Positions 22,001 to 34,000 of a stretch of 64,000 nt of DNA are shown here, in pieces; the stretch's first letter is position 1; each line of letters begins with the position of its first letter. Below the pieces are notes generated by a model that was given only the letters and a program-made list of their open reading frames with translations, searched no databases and was not told the DNA's origin. Source of the stretch: Balanoglossus misakiensis (lineage: Eukaryota; Animalia; Hemichordata); NCBI GenBank assembly GCA_040954595.2, contig CM082583.2, forward strand, positions 1,250,925 through 1,314,924, written 5' to 3'. A program made the translations under genes and the position numbers.

Positions 22001-25000
22001 GCTTTAGCCAAGCCATGCCGTAGGAAATCTGACTTGATCAACGTTGCTAACGAACGCTAGTGTCTGTCATAGTGTGCCGGGGTTTTAGTCGAGCCAAGCC
22101 GTAGGAGATCAGACTTGATCAACGTGGTCTCTGTACGCGTGTTTCTGCTCTAGAGTGCCGGGGCTTTATCCAAGCCATGCCGTAGAAAATCTGACTTGAT
22201 CACCGTTGCTAACGTACGCTAGTGTCTGTCATATTGTGACGGAGATTTAGCCGAGCCAGGCCGTAGAAAAATCGACTTGTTCAACGTTACCAGTGTGCAA
22301 CTGTTTCTGCTCTAGAGTGTCAGGGTTTTAGCCGACTTATGCTGTAGGAAATCTGAGTTGATGAACGCGAATTCAATGTTAGAAAACCCGTGTGGAAAGT
22401 ATCTCTACCCGTTTGAAACTAAGAAAAGAATTTATTCTTATTTATTTTGTAAAAAAGACAATTTTTCGAAAAAAAGTCGAAAAATTGCAATTTTGTCTTG
22501 GGTGATTCAAATTATACCGCCTTTTCTGGAATTTGCAGCACTTTTTACAAGAGAACGACACTTCATGCTCCATAATATTTCCGAAAATGAAGAAAAGAGT
22601 TAATTTTTTATGGTTTTTCAAAAATTTACCATTTTTGTCAAAATATGGCCAAAATGGCTATTTTTCTTGAATTCCGTCAATATCTCTGCATTTTTGGAGT
22701 GGTCGAGAGTTTTAACATACAATCAACATGTCATATATGATCAGGGCACCAAATTCGAAGAACAAAGGTTTTTTTATTTTTTTTTCTAAAAATGACATTT
22801 TCAAGGAAAATTTGGTAAAACGCAATTTTGTCTGCAGTGAGCCAAATTAGACGGTCTTTTGTGGAATTTGTATCGATATATACATACGAAGAGCATTCTA
22901 TACTCCATCAGATTTCCGAAAATGTAGAAAACAGGTATTTTTTGTAACTTTCCAAAAATTACCATTTTGACCAAATTGTGGCTAAAATTGTTATTTTCTT
23001 GATGAATGCCGCCAGTGTCACTGCTTTTAAAAGTCATAAAAACTTTTAACATACAAGCAATTGTTTATATATGATCAGGTCACCGAATTAAAAAATAAAG
23101 AATGTTTTGACTAAAAATCAGCTCATTCAGAGTGCATTTTTCTATAATCAGCACCATTTTTACATATAATGGAAATTTCATACATCATCAGATATCCAAA
23201 TATGAAAAAATGATTTAGATTTTAGATGATTGTCGAAAATTAGCTGATATCTAATAAATGTAGTATTGAACCGTTCTGTCCCCCCCCCCCCCCTACATTA
23301 TATGCGGTACGCCGATGTCAGCTTACCCGGCAGTACTGCAGGCCGTGCCCCCAACTAACGTCGGTGTTTGAAACGCCCGGGTTTAATTCGGGCTTTCTCA
23401 ATAAATTGACAGGCAATAATGCAGTCCTACCCGAACAGATGTCGAGTATTGACCAGCTGTGACTTTCCCTCTTCGGTTTGCCCGACTTAGCCGACGTCTT
23501 TGTACTAGAGTGTCGGGTCTTTTGCAGAGCCAGGCCGAAGGAAATCCGACTTGATCACCGTTGCTAACGAACGCTAGTGTCTGTCATGGTGTGCCGGGGT
23601 TTTAGTCGAGCCAGGCCGTAGGAGATCTGACTTGATCATCGTGGTCAATGTACGCGTGTTTCCGCTCTAAAGTGCCGGGGCTTCAGCTAAACCAGGCCGT
23701 AGGAAATCCGACGTAATCACCGTTGATAACTTACGCCAGTCTGTCTCATATAGAGCCGGTGCACCAGCCGAGTCACGCCGTAGGAAATCTGACTTGATCA
23801 ACGTGGTCAATGTACGCCTGTTTCTGCTCTAGAGTGCCGGGGCTTCAGCTGAGCCAGGCCGTAGGAAACCCAACGTGATTACCGTTGTTAACTTACGCCA
23901 GTCTGTGTCCTATATATAGTAACGGGGCATCAGCCGTGCCAGGCCGAAGGAAATGTGAGTAGATCAACGTGGTCTCTGTACGCGTGTTTCTGCTCTAGAG
24001 TGCCAGGGCTTTAGCCAAGCCATGCCGTAGGAAATCTGACTTGATCAACGTTGCTAACGAACGCTAGTGTCTGTCATGGTGTGCCGGGGTTTTAGTCGAG
24101 CCAGGCCGTAGGAGATCTGACTTGATCATCGTGGTCAATGTACGCGTGTTTCCGCTCTAAAGTGCCGGGGCTTCAGCTAAACCAGGCCGTAGGAAATCTG
24201 ACTTGATCACCGTTGCTAACGTACGCTAGTGTCTGTCATATTGTGACGGAGATTTAGCCGAGCCAGGCCGTAGAAAAATCGACTTGTTCAACGTTACCAG
24301 TGTGCAACTGTTTCTGCTCTAGAGTGTCTGGGTTTTAGCCGACTTATGCTGTAGGAAATCTGAGTTGATGAACGGGAATTCAATGTTAGAAAACCCGTGT
24401 GGAAAGTATCTCTACCCGTTTGAAACTAAGAAAAGAATTTATTCTTATTTATTTTGTAAAAAAGACAATTTTTCGAAAAAAAGTCGAAAATGGTAATTTT
24501 GTCTTGGGTGATTCAAATTATACCACCTTTTCTGGAATTTGCAGCACTTTTTACAAGAGAACGACACTTCATGCTCCATAATATTTCCGAAAATGAAGAA
24601 AAGAGTTAATTTTTTATGATTTTTTAAAAAATTACCATTTTTGTCAAAATATGGCCAAAATGGCTATTTTTTCTTGAATTCCGTCAATATCTCTGCATTT
24701 TTGGAGAGGTCGAAAGTTTTAACATACAATCAACATGTCATATATGATCAGGGCACCAAATTCGAAGAACAAAGGTTTTTTATTTTTTTCTAAAAATGGC
24801 ATTTTCAAGGAAAATTTGGTAAAACGCAATTTTGTCTGCAGTGAGCCAAATTAGACTGTATTTTGTGGAATTTGTATCGATATATACATACGAAGAGCAT
24901 TCTATACTCCATCAGATTTCCGAAAATGTAGAAAACAGGTATTTTTTGTAATTTTCAAAAATTTACCATTTTGACCAAATTGTGGCTAAAATTGTTATTT

Positions 25001-26072
25001 TCGTGTTGAATGCCGCCAGTGTCACTGCTTTTAAAAGTCATAAAAACTTTTAACATACAAGCAATTGTTTATATATGATCAGGTCACCGAATTAAAAAAA
25101 AATTGTCTGCGGTGAGCCAAATTGGCCGTTTTTTGTGGAATTTGTATCGATATATATATACGAAGAGGATTCTATACTCCATCAGATTTCCGAAAATGTA
25201 GAAAACAGGTATTTTTTGTAATTTTCAAAAATTTACCATTTTGACCAAATTGTGGTTAAAATTGTTATTTTCGTGTTGAATGCCGCCAGTGTCACTGCTT
25301 TTAAAAGTCATAAAAACTTTTAACATACAAGCAATTGTTTGTATATGATCAGGTCACCGAATTAAAAAAATAAAGAATGTTTTGCCTAAAAATGACCTTT
25401 TTGGTGCAAAAACGAATAAAACGCAATTTTGTATTAAATCAGCTCATTCAGAGTGTTTTTTTTATAATCAGCACCATCTTTACATATAATAGAAATTTCA
25501 TACATCATCAGATATCCAAATATGAAAAAATGATTTAGATTTTAGATGATTGTCCAAAATTAGCTGATATCTAATAAATGTAGTATTGAACCGTTCTGTT
25601 CCCCCCCCCCCTACATTATATGCGGTACGCCGATGTCAGCTTACCCGGCAGTACTGCAGGCCGTGCCCCCCCCCCCCCCCCAACTAACGTCGGTGTTTGA
25701 AACGCCCTGGTTAAATTCGGGCTTTCTCTATAAATTGACAGGCAATAATGCAGTCCTACCCGAACAAATGTCGAGTGTTGACCCGCTGTGACTTCCCCTC
25801 TTCGGTTTGCCCGACTTAGCCAACGTCTTTGTACTAGAGTGTCGGGTCTTTTGCAGAGCCAGGCCGAAGGAAATCCGACTTGATCACCGTTGCTAACGAA
25901 CGCTAGTGTCTGTCATGGTGTGCCGGGGTTTTAGTCGAGCCAGGCCGTAGGAGATCTGACTTGATCATCGTGGTCAATGTACGCGTGTTTCCGCTCTAAA
26001 GTGCCGGGGCTTCAGCTAAACCAGGCCGTAGGAAATCCGACGTAATCACCGTTGATAACTTACGCCAGTCTG
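19024..26072 (+). repeat. Composite ~2.05 kb satellite, block 1
   Basis: 81-bp GC-rich monomers (gccgtaggaaatctgacttgatc...) alternating with ~950-bp AT-rich block; landmark tgtagtattgaac at 21251, 23259, 25579. Confidence 0.97.
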
Positions 26073-26282
26073 GATGGAGGGCGCTAGAGTCAGCCATCTA
26101 CGGAAGCAGATTTCTAGCACGCTCAGAGTTTTCATCGTTTTTTCACGTGAAATCGGTGAATTTTGTGGCGAAACTGAAGGTATATGCTTTTGTATAGATA
26201 CTTGCAGCTAACTCGAGAGCAAAGAAGCATTTTGATTCTCAGAAGAAAGACATTTTGCTAGTTTTCGTGGTCTCGAGCAAGC

Positions 26283-27455
26283 ATGGCCGTCAGAGACAAA
26301 GCCAGTTATGCGCAGGTGGTGACGACCAAACGCCTGCAAGACAAAGACGGTGAAGTAGGAGTTCTACCCGTCTTTCTGAAGCAGTCGGACATAGTTCCCA
26401 GGGACAGTAATCAATGGCTAAGAGGTGAGGAAATTATAGCAGCCGTTTCAGAAGTTGTCACCATCGGCAGCTTGGAAGGGTTGCAACGGATAAGAGGTCT
26501 GTGGCGTATTTATATGAATGACGAAGCAGACCGGACAATTTTGTTACAACATGGACTCACACTACGCGGGAAGTCGATAGAGCTGTGGGGGCGAAATCCC
26601 TTCCGAAGAGAGTTTCATGAAGATTGGTTAAGATTAACGATAAAAGATCTACCATTGTCACACGATGATGATGCTATTGCCGCTACACTTACTGGTTTGG
26701 GCTGTAAGCTCAAAACAGATATATCCAGACAGAAATGGAGGTTAGAAGGCAAGTTGACAAACATTCTTAATGGGGATCGAACTGTGTTCATCGAAAAACC
26801 AAAGACACCATTACCAGCTCAGGTTAAGATCGGTGCATTTTACGCGAAGATTATTTATAAGCAATCCACAGCGGAGACGCAGCCACGATGCGGCAAATGC
26901 TTAGAGGAGGGACATACTGCGTACAATTGCACTGGACAAATCAAATGCAGACTCTGTAAAAGAGAGGGGCATATTGCAAGAAATTGTATGACTTCTCAGG
27001 TACACGAAGAATTAACGTCTCAGTCCACCAAATACACAATGCAGAAAAGGTCTACGAATCCTGCCGATGCGGTATCGAGACTAGAAAGTGACAGCACACC
27101 GTTACAAGGAACATCCAGGCGTGAAACGGGGGACGAAGACCGTGTTGAGAAACCGCAAAGTCTGGCAAACAAAGCACCTGAGCCCTCGAGCTCGAGCGTT
27201 AAATCACAAAGCTCAATTTTAGCGTTCTTAAAAGAGAACAGAGACGATAGACAAAACGATACTAGTGTCAGTGAAGGTGATGTAACGGATATTGAAGGTG
27301 GCGAGGACCGGCGTTATGACACATCAAGAGAAAATTTCTCTGAATTGTCTGCTGAATCGCCACCACTGTTGTCATTGACCCAAAGCAAAGAAAATAAGAA
27401 AAAACGTAAAAGAAGACGAAAGCAGCAGCAGCAAGTCAGAATCAAAGGCTACTGA
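26283..27455 (+). CDS. Tx1-type ORF1 with two CCHC zinc knuckles
   Basis: SYAQVV, NGDRTVF, CGKCLEEGHTAYNC, CRLCKREGHIARNC; basic C-terminus. Confidence 0.92.
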   Translation: MAVRDKASYAQVVTTKRLQDKDGEVGVLPVFLKQSDIVPRDSNQWLRGEEIIAAVSEVVTIGSLEGLQRIRGLWRIYMNDEADRTILLQHGLTLRGKSIELWGRNPFRREFHEDWLRLTIKDLPLSHDDDAIAATLTGLGCKLKTDISRQKWRLEGKLTNILNGDRTVFIEKPKTPLPAQVKIGAFYAKIIYKQSTAETQPRCGKCLEEGHTAYNCTGQIKCRLCKREGHIARNCMTSQVHEELTSQSTKYTMQKRSTNPADAVSRLESDSTPLQGTSRRETGDEDRVEKPQSLANKAPEPSSSSVKSQSSILAFLKENRDDRQNDTSVSEGDVTDIEGGEDRRYDTSRENFSELSAESPPLLSLTQSKENKKKRKRRRKQQQQVRIKGY

Positions 27456-30400
27456 TGGCAGCGCTGAAGTTAGTTACCCTGAATGTCAGGGGTTTCAAAG
27501 ACAAAACGAAAAGGAACTGTATATATCGCTGGCTAAAACTCCAAAAAACGAGTATCGCGATTTTACAAGAGTTGCATGGAAATGGAACAGACATTGACAC
27601 TTGGGAGAAAGAATGGGGAGGGAAAGTATTCTTCTCGAAAGGTGACAATTATAGCAGAGGAACGGCAATATTGATTGAGCGCAGATGTGACCTCACCATT
27701 GATTCCGTGTGGAATGACGACTTCGGAAGAATTTGCATAATAAACGGTAGCCTTGTAGGTGTTAAGCTTTCAATTTGTAGTGTTTATGCCCCGAATCTCG
27801 TGAAACAAAGAACGGAATTCTTGAAAGATCTAGCTGGCCTGGTTGACACGCACTGCTATTACGAAAATCTTTTTATAGCAGGCGACTTCAATTGTGCACT
27901 CAACGACACTTTGGACAGAGCGTCAAGTGTGAAATCACGGCAATCACATGATGGATCAAGAAGAGTCTTACGTAGTTTTTGTAATCAGTTTCAACTTATT
28001 GATGTTTGGAGGAATTTCCACCCTGGGCAACGGCAGTTTACTTGGCGAAGATTGGCCCCATCACCGACTCATAGCCGATTAGATTATGTTTTTATCTCAA
28101 AGCACCTCGTCAAGAATGTCAAAAAATCGGATATTCGTCCTGCTGTAAACACAGATCATATGGCTGTTTACGTGGAATTGCAGACCGCTTCAGATTGTAG
28201 AGGGCCTGGTACATGGAAACTGAACAATAGGCTTTTAAAAAATGAAGGCTTTGTCAACGGAGTCAAATCTGTAATCAGAGAGTGTGGTGAGAAGACATTC
28301 GAAAATAATCGGATGAAATGGGACATCATGAAGAAAGAAATTAAAGAATATGCATTGGAATTTACAAGGTATGGAACAAAAGATCACAATAAGGAAATAC
28401 CGAAGCTTGAGCAACAGCTAAAAGCGGATGAAAGAAATATGCTGGTGAATCCATCAGATGAAAATATACGGAAATACAGTGAAACCAAACAATGCCTTGA
28501 GAATATTTACAACATACTCGCTGAAGGTGCGCAGATAAGATCGCGTGCAGCGTGGGTGGAAAAGGGAGAAAGAAATACCAAGTATTTTTATCATTAGAAA
28601 AGCGAAATGCAGGAAAAAAGGAAATTAAGGAGCTGGTGACAAGAAGTGGAAAGTGTGTGACAAAAACGGACGAGATTCTGCGGGAACAAAGAGAATTCTA
28701 CGAGACGATCTATCAGCGAAAATGTTGCCATCAGTCGATTGACGATTTTTTGGAAAATAGCAGTTTACCAGGACTAACAGCTCTACAAAGTGAACAGTGC
28801 GAAGGTAATTTAACGGAAAGGGAATGTTTGCGCGCTTTGAAGACCATGGCAGCTAACAAGTCTCCGGGATGTGATGGACTTTCGGTCGAATTTTTTCTTT
28901 TCTTTTGGTCAGAAATAAAAACATTTGTCACTTCATCTCTCAATGAAGCCTGGTCGTCAGGGGAACTTTCTGCTACCCAAAAAAGAGGTATTATTACATT
29001 GTTGTATAAAAAGGGAGATGAAAATGACTTGAATAATTGGAGGCCTGTGTCGCTTTTAAACATTGACTACAAAATTGCCACTAAGGCATTATCAAACAGA
29101 CTCAAATGTGTTTTACCTACAATTATCCATAGAGATCAGACAGGCTATATGAAAGGCCGTTTTATTGGAGAAAACATTCGCCTGATCTCCGATGTTCTAG
29201 ACTACACTAAAAAGCGGCGTTTGGAAGGAGCGATCCTTTTTGTAGATTATGAGAAAGCGTTTGACAGTGTAAATTGGAAATTTTTGTATAGCGTGCTTAA
29301 AAAGATGAATTTTGGTCCAGGCTTTATACGCTGGATTGAAGTTTTATATAGTAATATTTCTAGTTGTATTGTTTATAAGGGATGGTGCTCTGGATACTTT
29401 TCATTACATAGAGGTGTTCGACAGGGATGTTCCCTCTCGGCTTTATTGTTTTTACTTGTGATCGAAGTACTTGCATGTAAAATAAGACAACACGGGGAGA
29501 TCAACGGGATCCCCTTATATGGTAATAATACAGCTAAGATTTCATTATTTGCCGACGACACCACTATTTTTACAAGGGATGGTCGGTCATTAGAAAATGT
29601 TTTTAAAGTTATGGATGATTTTCATCAGTGTGGTGGTTTAAAAATGAGCAACAAGAAAACGAAGGCAATGTGGGTTGGAAAAAACAGAAATAGTGAAAAG
29701 AAAATGGGAAATGTTGAATGGACAAATGAGCCCATCAAAACGCTTGGTGTGTATTTTGGCTATGACACTGAGAAATGTAACAAACTTAACTGGGAGCCTA
29801 AGATTGATAAACTGAAAAAGGTGCTACAAATGTGGGAAAGGAGAAGGCTTACGTTTTATGGGAGAGTGATGATTACGAAGGTTTTTGCAATTTCACAGAT
29901 TTTGTTTTTGACATCAGTGATTGGAATACCTGAAGGCATTAAGTGTGTTGTTCGAAAGCTAATTGATGGTTTTATAAGAAGAAAACGAAATATAAGCAAT
30001 GTAATACTTCAGAGTGATTATGACAAAGGTGGCATCAGATGTGTCAACTTAGACAAGCAAATTGATTCTCTTTATGCAGTATGGGTCAAGAGACTGGTCT
30101 TGTGTAAAGGCAACACTTGGTCTGCTATACCATGGCATTATTTACAAATGGATGACCTTCAGTCATGTAATCTTATTCAGCACAACATTTTCTGGGAATC
30201 ACTACCAAAGGCTTTAGAGTCTGCGATCCCTGAATTTTACGTCAAGGTTTTAAATGCGTGGTACAGTGCAAGTGAAAACATCAAAGGAAACAGAAATGTA
30301 ATTTTGAAATGGTGTAGCAAGTTTAACTTTTTCTACAAATCCTTGAAAAATTGTAAATACGGTATTTGGGATGGAAAACACTGGATTTCCATCAATAACG

Positions 30401-31011
30401 TTACGTGTAAAGCCATTTATGCGAACATTCCACAAAGGAGTCCAAAAGTGGATAAACTTAACAAATGGTACACATTGCTGGAGGTACCAAACCAGACTAC
30501 AAAAGAAAGTGAAACGGTCTGGAAGAACATACACGCAATAACTAAGGAAACAAAGTTGCGGGAATTTCAATGGAAACTTTTACACAGGTTGTTGCCATGT
30601 AATAAGTATTTGTTTTATTGGAATAAGAGCAGCAGTGTGGATTGTGAACTTAGTAAGATACCAGAGTCTCTTGAGCACAAGTACGTGCGTTGTACTATAG
30701 CCACATCACTTTGGGCAAAAATCGAGCGCATAATTCGGCAACTTTTTTGTAAAGATTTTGTTTTACAAAGCGCTCATAAAATTTTCAATTGCATTAGAAG
30801 TGTTATGCTTTCGAAATCTGAAGAAAATATTGTAAATTTATTGATTTTAGTTTGCAAATGGAGTATACATAAATACTGGCTAAGTGAAACCAGAGCACCT
30901 TTAATGGTGCTAGTAAAATACGAATTCATATTGAGATACAAGGTATACAAGGAAATATGCAATAATTCAGAAAGTGCAAGAATTTTTGAAGCTATTATAT
31001 CTATGATGTGA
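27455..31011 (+). CDS. Tx1-type ORF2 (APE endonuclease + RT), split by a single 1-nt deletion at ~28585-28589
   Basis: TLNVRG, LQELH, AGDFN, SRLDY, TDH, GPGTWKLN, EKGERNTKYF then shifted frame LSLEK, KSPGCDGL, WRPVSLLNIDYK, DYEKAFD, GVRQG, FADD. Confidence 0.93.
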
Positions 31012-31094
31012 GTTTTCGGTTGGTTTCTTTTTTTGATATGTTAATGTAACACTGAAAGTTTTTTTAATAAAAGATCAAAAAAAAAAAAAAAAAA

Positions 31095-34000
31095 TTACGC
31101 CAGTCTGTGTCATATAGAGCCGGTGCACCAGCCGAGTCACGCCGTAGGAAATCTGACTTGATCAACGTGGTCAATGTACGCCTGTTTCTGCTCTAGAATG
31201 CCGGGGCTTCAGCTGAGCCAGGCCGTAGGAAACCCGACATGATTACCGTTGTTAACTTACGCCAGTCTGTGTCCTATATATAGTGCCGGGGCATGAGCCG
31301 TGCCAGGCCGAAGGAAATGTGAGTAGATCAACGTGGTCTCTGTACGCGTGTTTCTGCTCTAGAGTGCCAGGGCTTTAGCCAAGCCATGCCGTAGGAAATC
31401 TGACTTGATCAACGTTGCTAACGAACGCTAGTGTCTGTCATAGTGTGCCGGGGTTTTAGTCGAGCCAAGCCGTAGGAGATCAGACTTGATCAACGTGGTC
31501 TCTGTACGGGTGTTTCTGCTCTAGAGTGCCGGGGCTTTATCCAAGCCATGCCGTAGAAAATCTGACTTGATCACCGTTGCTAACGTACGCTAGTGTCTGT
31601 CATATTGTGACGGAGATTTAGCCGAGCCAGGCCGTAGAAAAATCGACTTGTTCAACGTTACCAGTGTGCAACTGTTTCTGCTCTAGAGTGTCAGGGTTTT
31701 AGCCGACTTATGCTGTAGGAAATCTGAGTTGATGCACGGGAATTCAATGTTAGAAAACCCGTGTGAAAAGTATCTCTACCCGTTTGAAACTAAGAAAAGA
31801 ATTTATTCTTATTTATTTTGTAAAAAAGACAATTTTTCGAAAAAAAGTCGATAATGGTAATTTTGTCTTGGGTGATTCAAATTATACCGCCTTTTCTGGA
31901 ATTTGCATCACTTTTTACAAGAGAACGACACTTCATGCTCCATAATATTTCCGAAAATGAAGAAAAGAGTTAATTTTTTATGATTTTTTAAAAATTTACC
32001 ATTTTTGTCAAAATATGGCCAAAATGGCTATTTTTCTTGAATTCCGTCAATATCTCTGCATTTTTGGAGTGGTCGAGAGTTTTAACATACAATCAACATG
32101 TCATATATGATCAGGGCACCAAATTCGAAGAACAAAGGTTTTTTTATTTTTTTTTCTAAGAATGACATTTTCAAGGAAAATTTGCTAAAACGCAATTTTG
32201 TCTGCAGTGAGCCAAATTGGCCGTTTTTTTGTGGAATTTGTATCGATATATATATACGAAGAGCATTCTATACTCCATCAGATTTCCGAAAATGTAGAAA
32301 ACAGGTATTTTTTGTAATTTTCAAAAATTTACCATTTTGACCAAATTGTGGCTAAAATTGTTATTTTCGTGTTGAATGCCGCCAGTGTCACTGCTTTTTA
32401 AAGTCATAAAAACTTTTAACATACAAGCAATTGGTTTATATATGATCAGGTCACCGAATTAAAAAAATAAAGAATGTTTTCCCTAAAAATGACCTTTTTG
32501 GTGCAAAAACGAATAAAACACAATTTTGTATTAAATCAGCTCATTCAGAGTGCATTTTTTATAATCAGCACCATTTTTACATATAATGGAAATTTCATAC
32601 ATCATCAGATATCCAAATATGAAAAAATGAATTAGATATATTTAAGATGATTGTCCAAAATTAGCTGATATCTGATAAATGTAGTATTGAACCGTTCTGT
32701 TTCCCCCCTCCCTACATTACATGCGGTACGCCGATGTCAGCTTACCCGGCAGTACTGCAGGCCGTGCCCCCAACAAACGTCGGTGTTTGAAACGCCCTGG
32801 TTAAATTCGGGCTCTCTCTTTAAATTGACAGGCAATAATGCAGTCCTACCGGAACAAATGTCGAGTGTTGAACCGCTGCGACTTTCCCTGTTCGGTTTGC
32901 CCGACTTAGCCAACGTCTTTGTACTAGAGTGTCGGGTCTTTTGCAGAGCCAGGCCGAAGGAAATCGGACTTGATCACCGTTGCTAACGAACGCTAGTGTC
33001 TGTCATGGTGTGCCGGGGTTTTAGTCGGGCCAGGCCGTAGGAGATCTGACTTGATCATCGTGGTCAATGTACGCGTGTTTCCGCTCTAAAGTGCCGGGGC
33101 TTCAGCTAAACCAGGCCGTAGGACATCCGCCGTAATCACCGTTGATAACTTACGCCAGTCTGTGTCATATAGAGCCGGTGCACCAGCCGAGTCACGCCGT
33201 AGGAAATCTGACTTGATCAACGTGGTCAATGTACGCCTGTTTCTGCTCTAGAATGCCGGGGCTTCAGCTGAGCCAGGCCGTAGGAAACCCGACGTGATTA
33301 CCGTTGTTAACTTACGCCAGTCTGTGTCCTATATATAGTGCCGGGGCATCAGCCGTGCCAGGCCGAAGGAAATGTGAGTAGATCAACGTGGTCTCTGTAC
33401 GCGTGTTTCTGCTCTAGAGTGCCGGGGCTTTATCCAAGCCATGCCGTAGAAAATCTGACTTGATCACCGTTGCTAACGAACGCTAGTGTCTGTCATAGTG
33501 TGCCAGGGTTTTAGTCGAGCCAAGCCGTAGGAGATCAGACTTGATAAACGTGGTCTCTGTACGCGTGTTTCTGCTCTAGAGTGTCGGGGCTTTATCCAAG
33601 CCATGCCGTAGAAAATCTGACTTAATCACCGTTGCTAACGTACGCTAGTGTCTGTAATATTGTGACGGAGATTTAGCCGAGCCAGGCCGTAGAAAAATCG
33701 ACTCGTTCAACGTTACCAGTGTGCAACTGTTTCTGCTCTAGAGTGTCAGGGTTTTAGCCGACTTATGCTGTAGGAAATCTGAGTTGATGAACGGGAATTC
33801 AATGTTAGAAAACCCGTGTGGAAAGTATCTCTACCCGTTTGAAACTAAGAAAAGAATTTATTCTTATTTATTTTGTAAAAAAGACAATTTTTCGAAAAAA
33901 AGTCGAAAATGGTAATTTTGTCTTGGGTGATTCAAATTATACCACCTTTTCTGGAATTTGCAGCACTTTTTACAAGAGAACGACAATTCATGCTCCATAA

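Larger units (their letters stand above)
26073..31094 (+). mobile_element. Full-length Tx1/L1-clade LINE with 13-bp TSD
   Basis: TSD ttacgccagtctg at 26060-26072 and 31095-31107; AATAAA 31066-31071; poly(A) tail; ORF1 + ORF2. Confidence 0.95.

Noticed and set aside
28580-28597. Programmed ribosomal frameshift in Tx1 ORF2
   Set aside because: No canonical slippery heptamer; a single T loss in a homopolymer within conserved KYFxxLEK explains it
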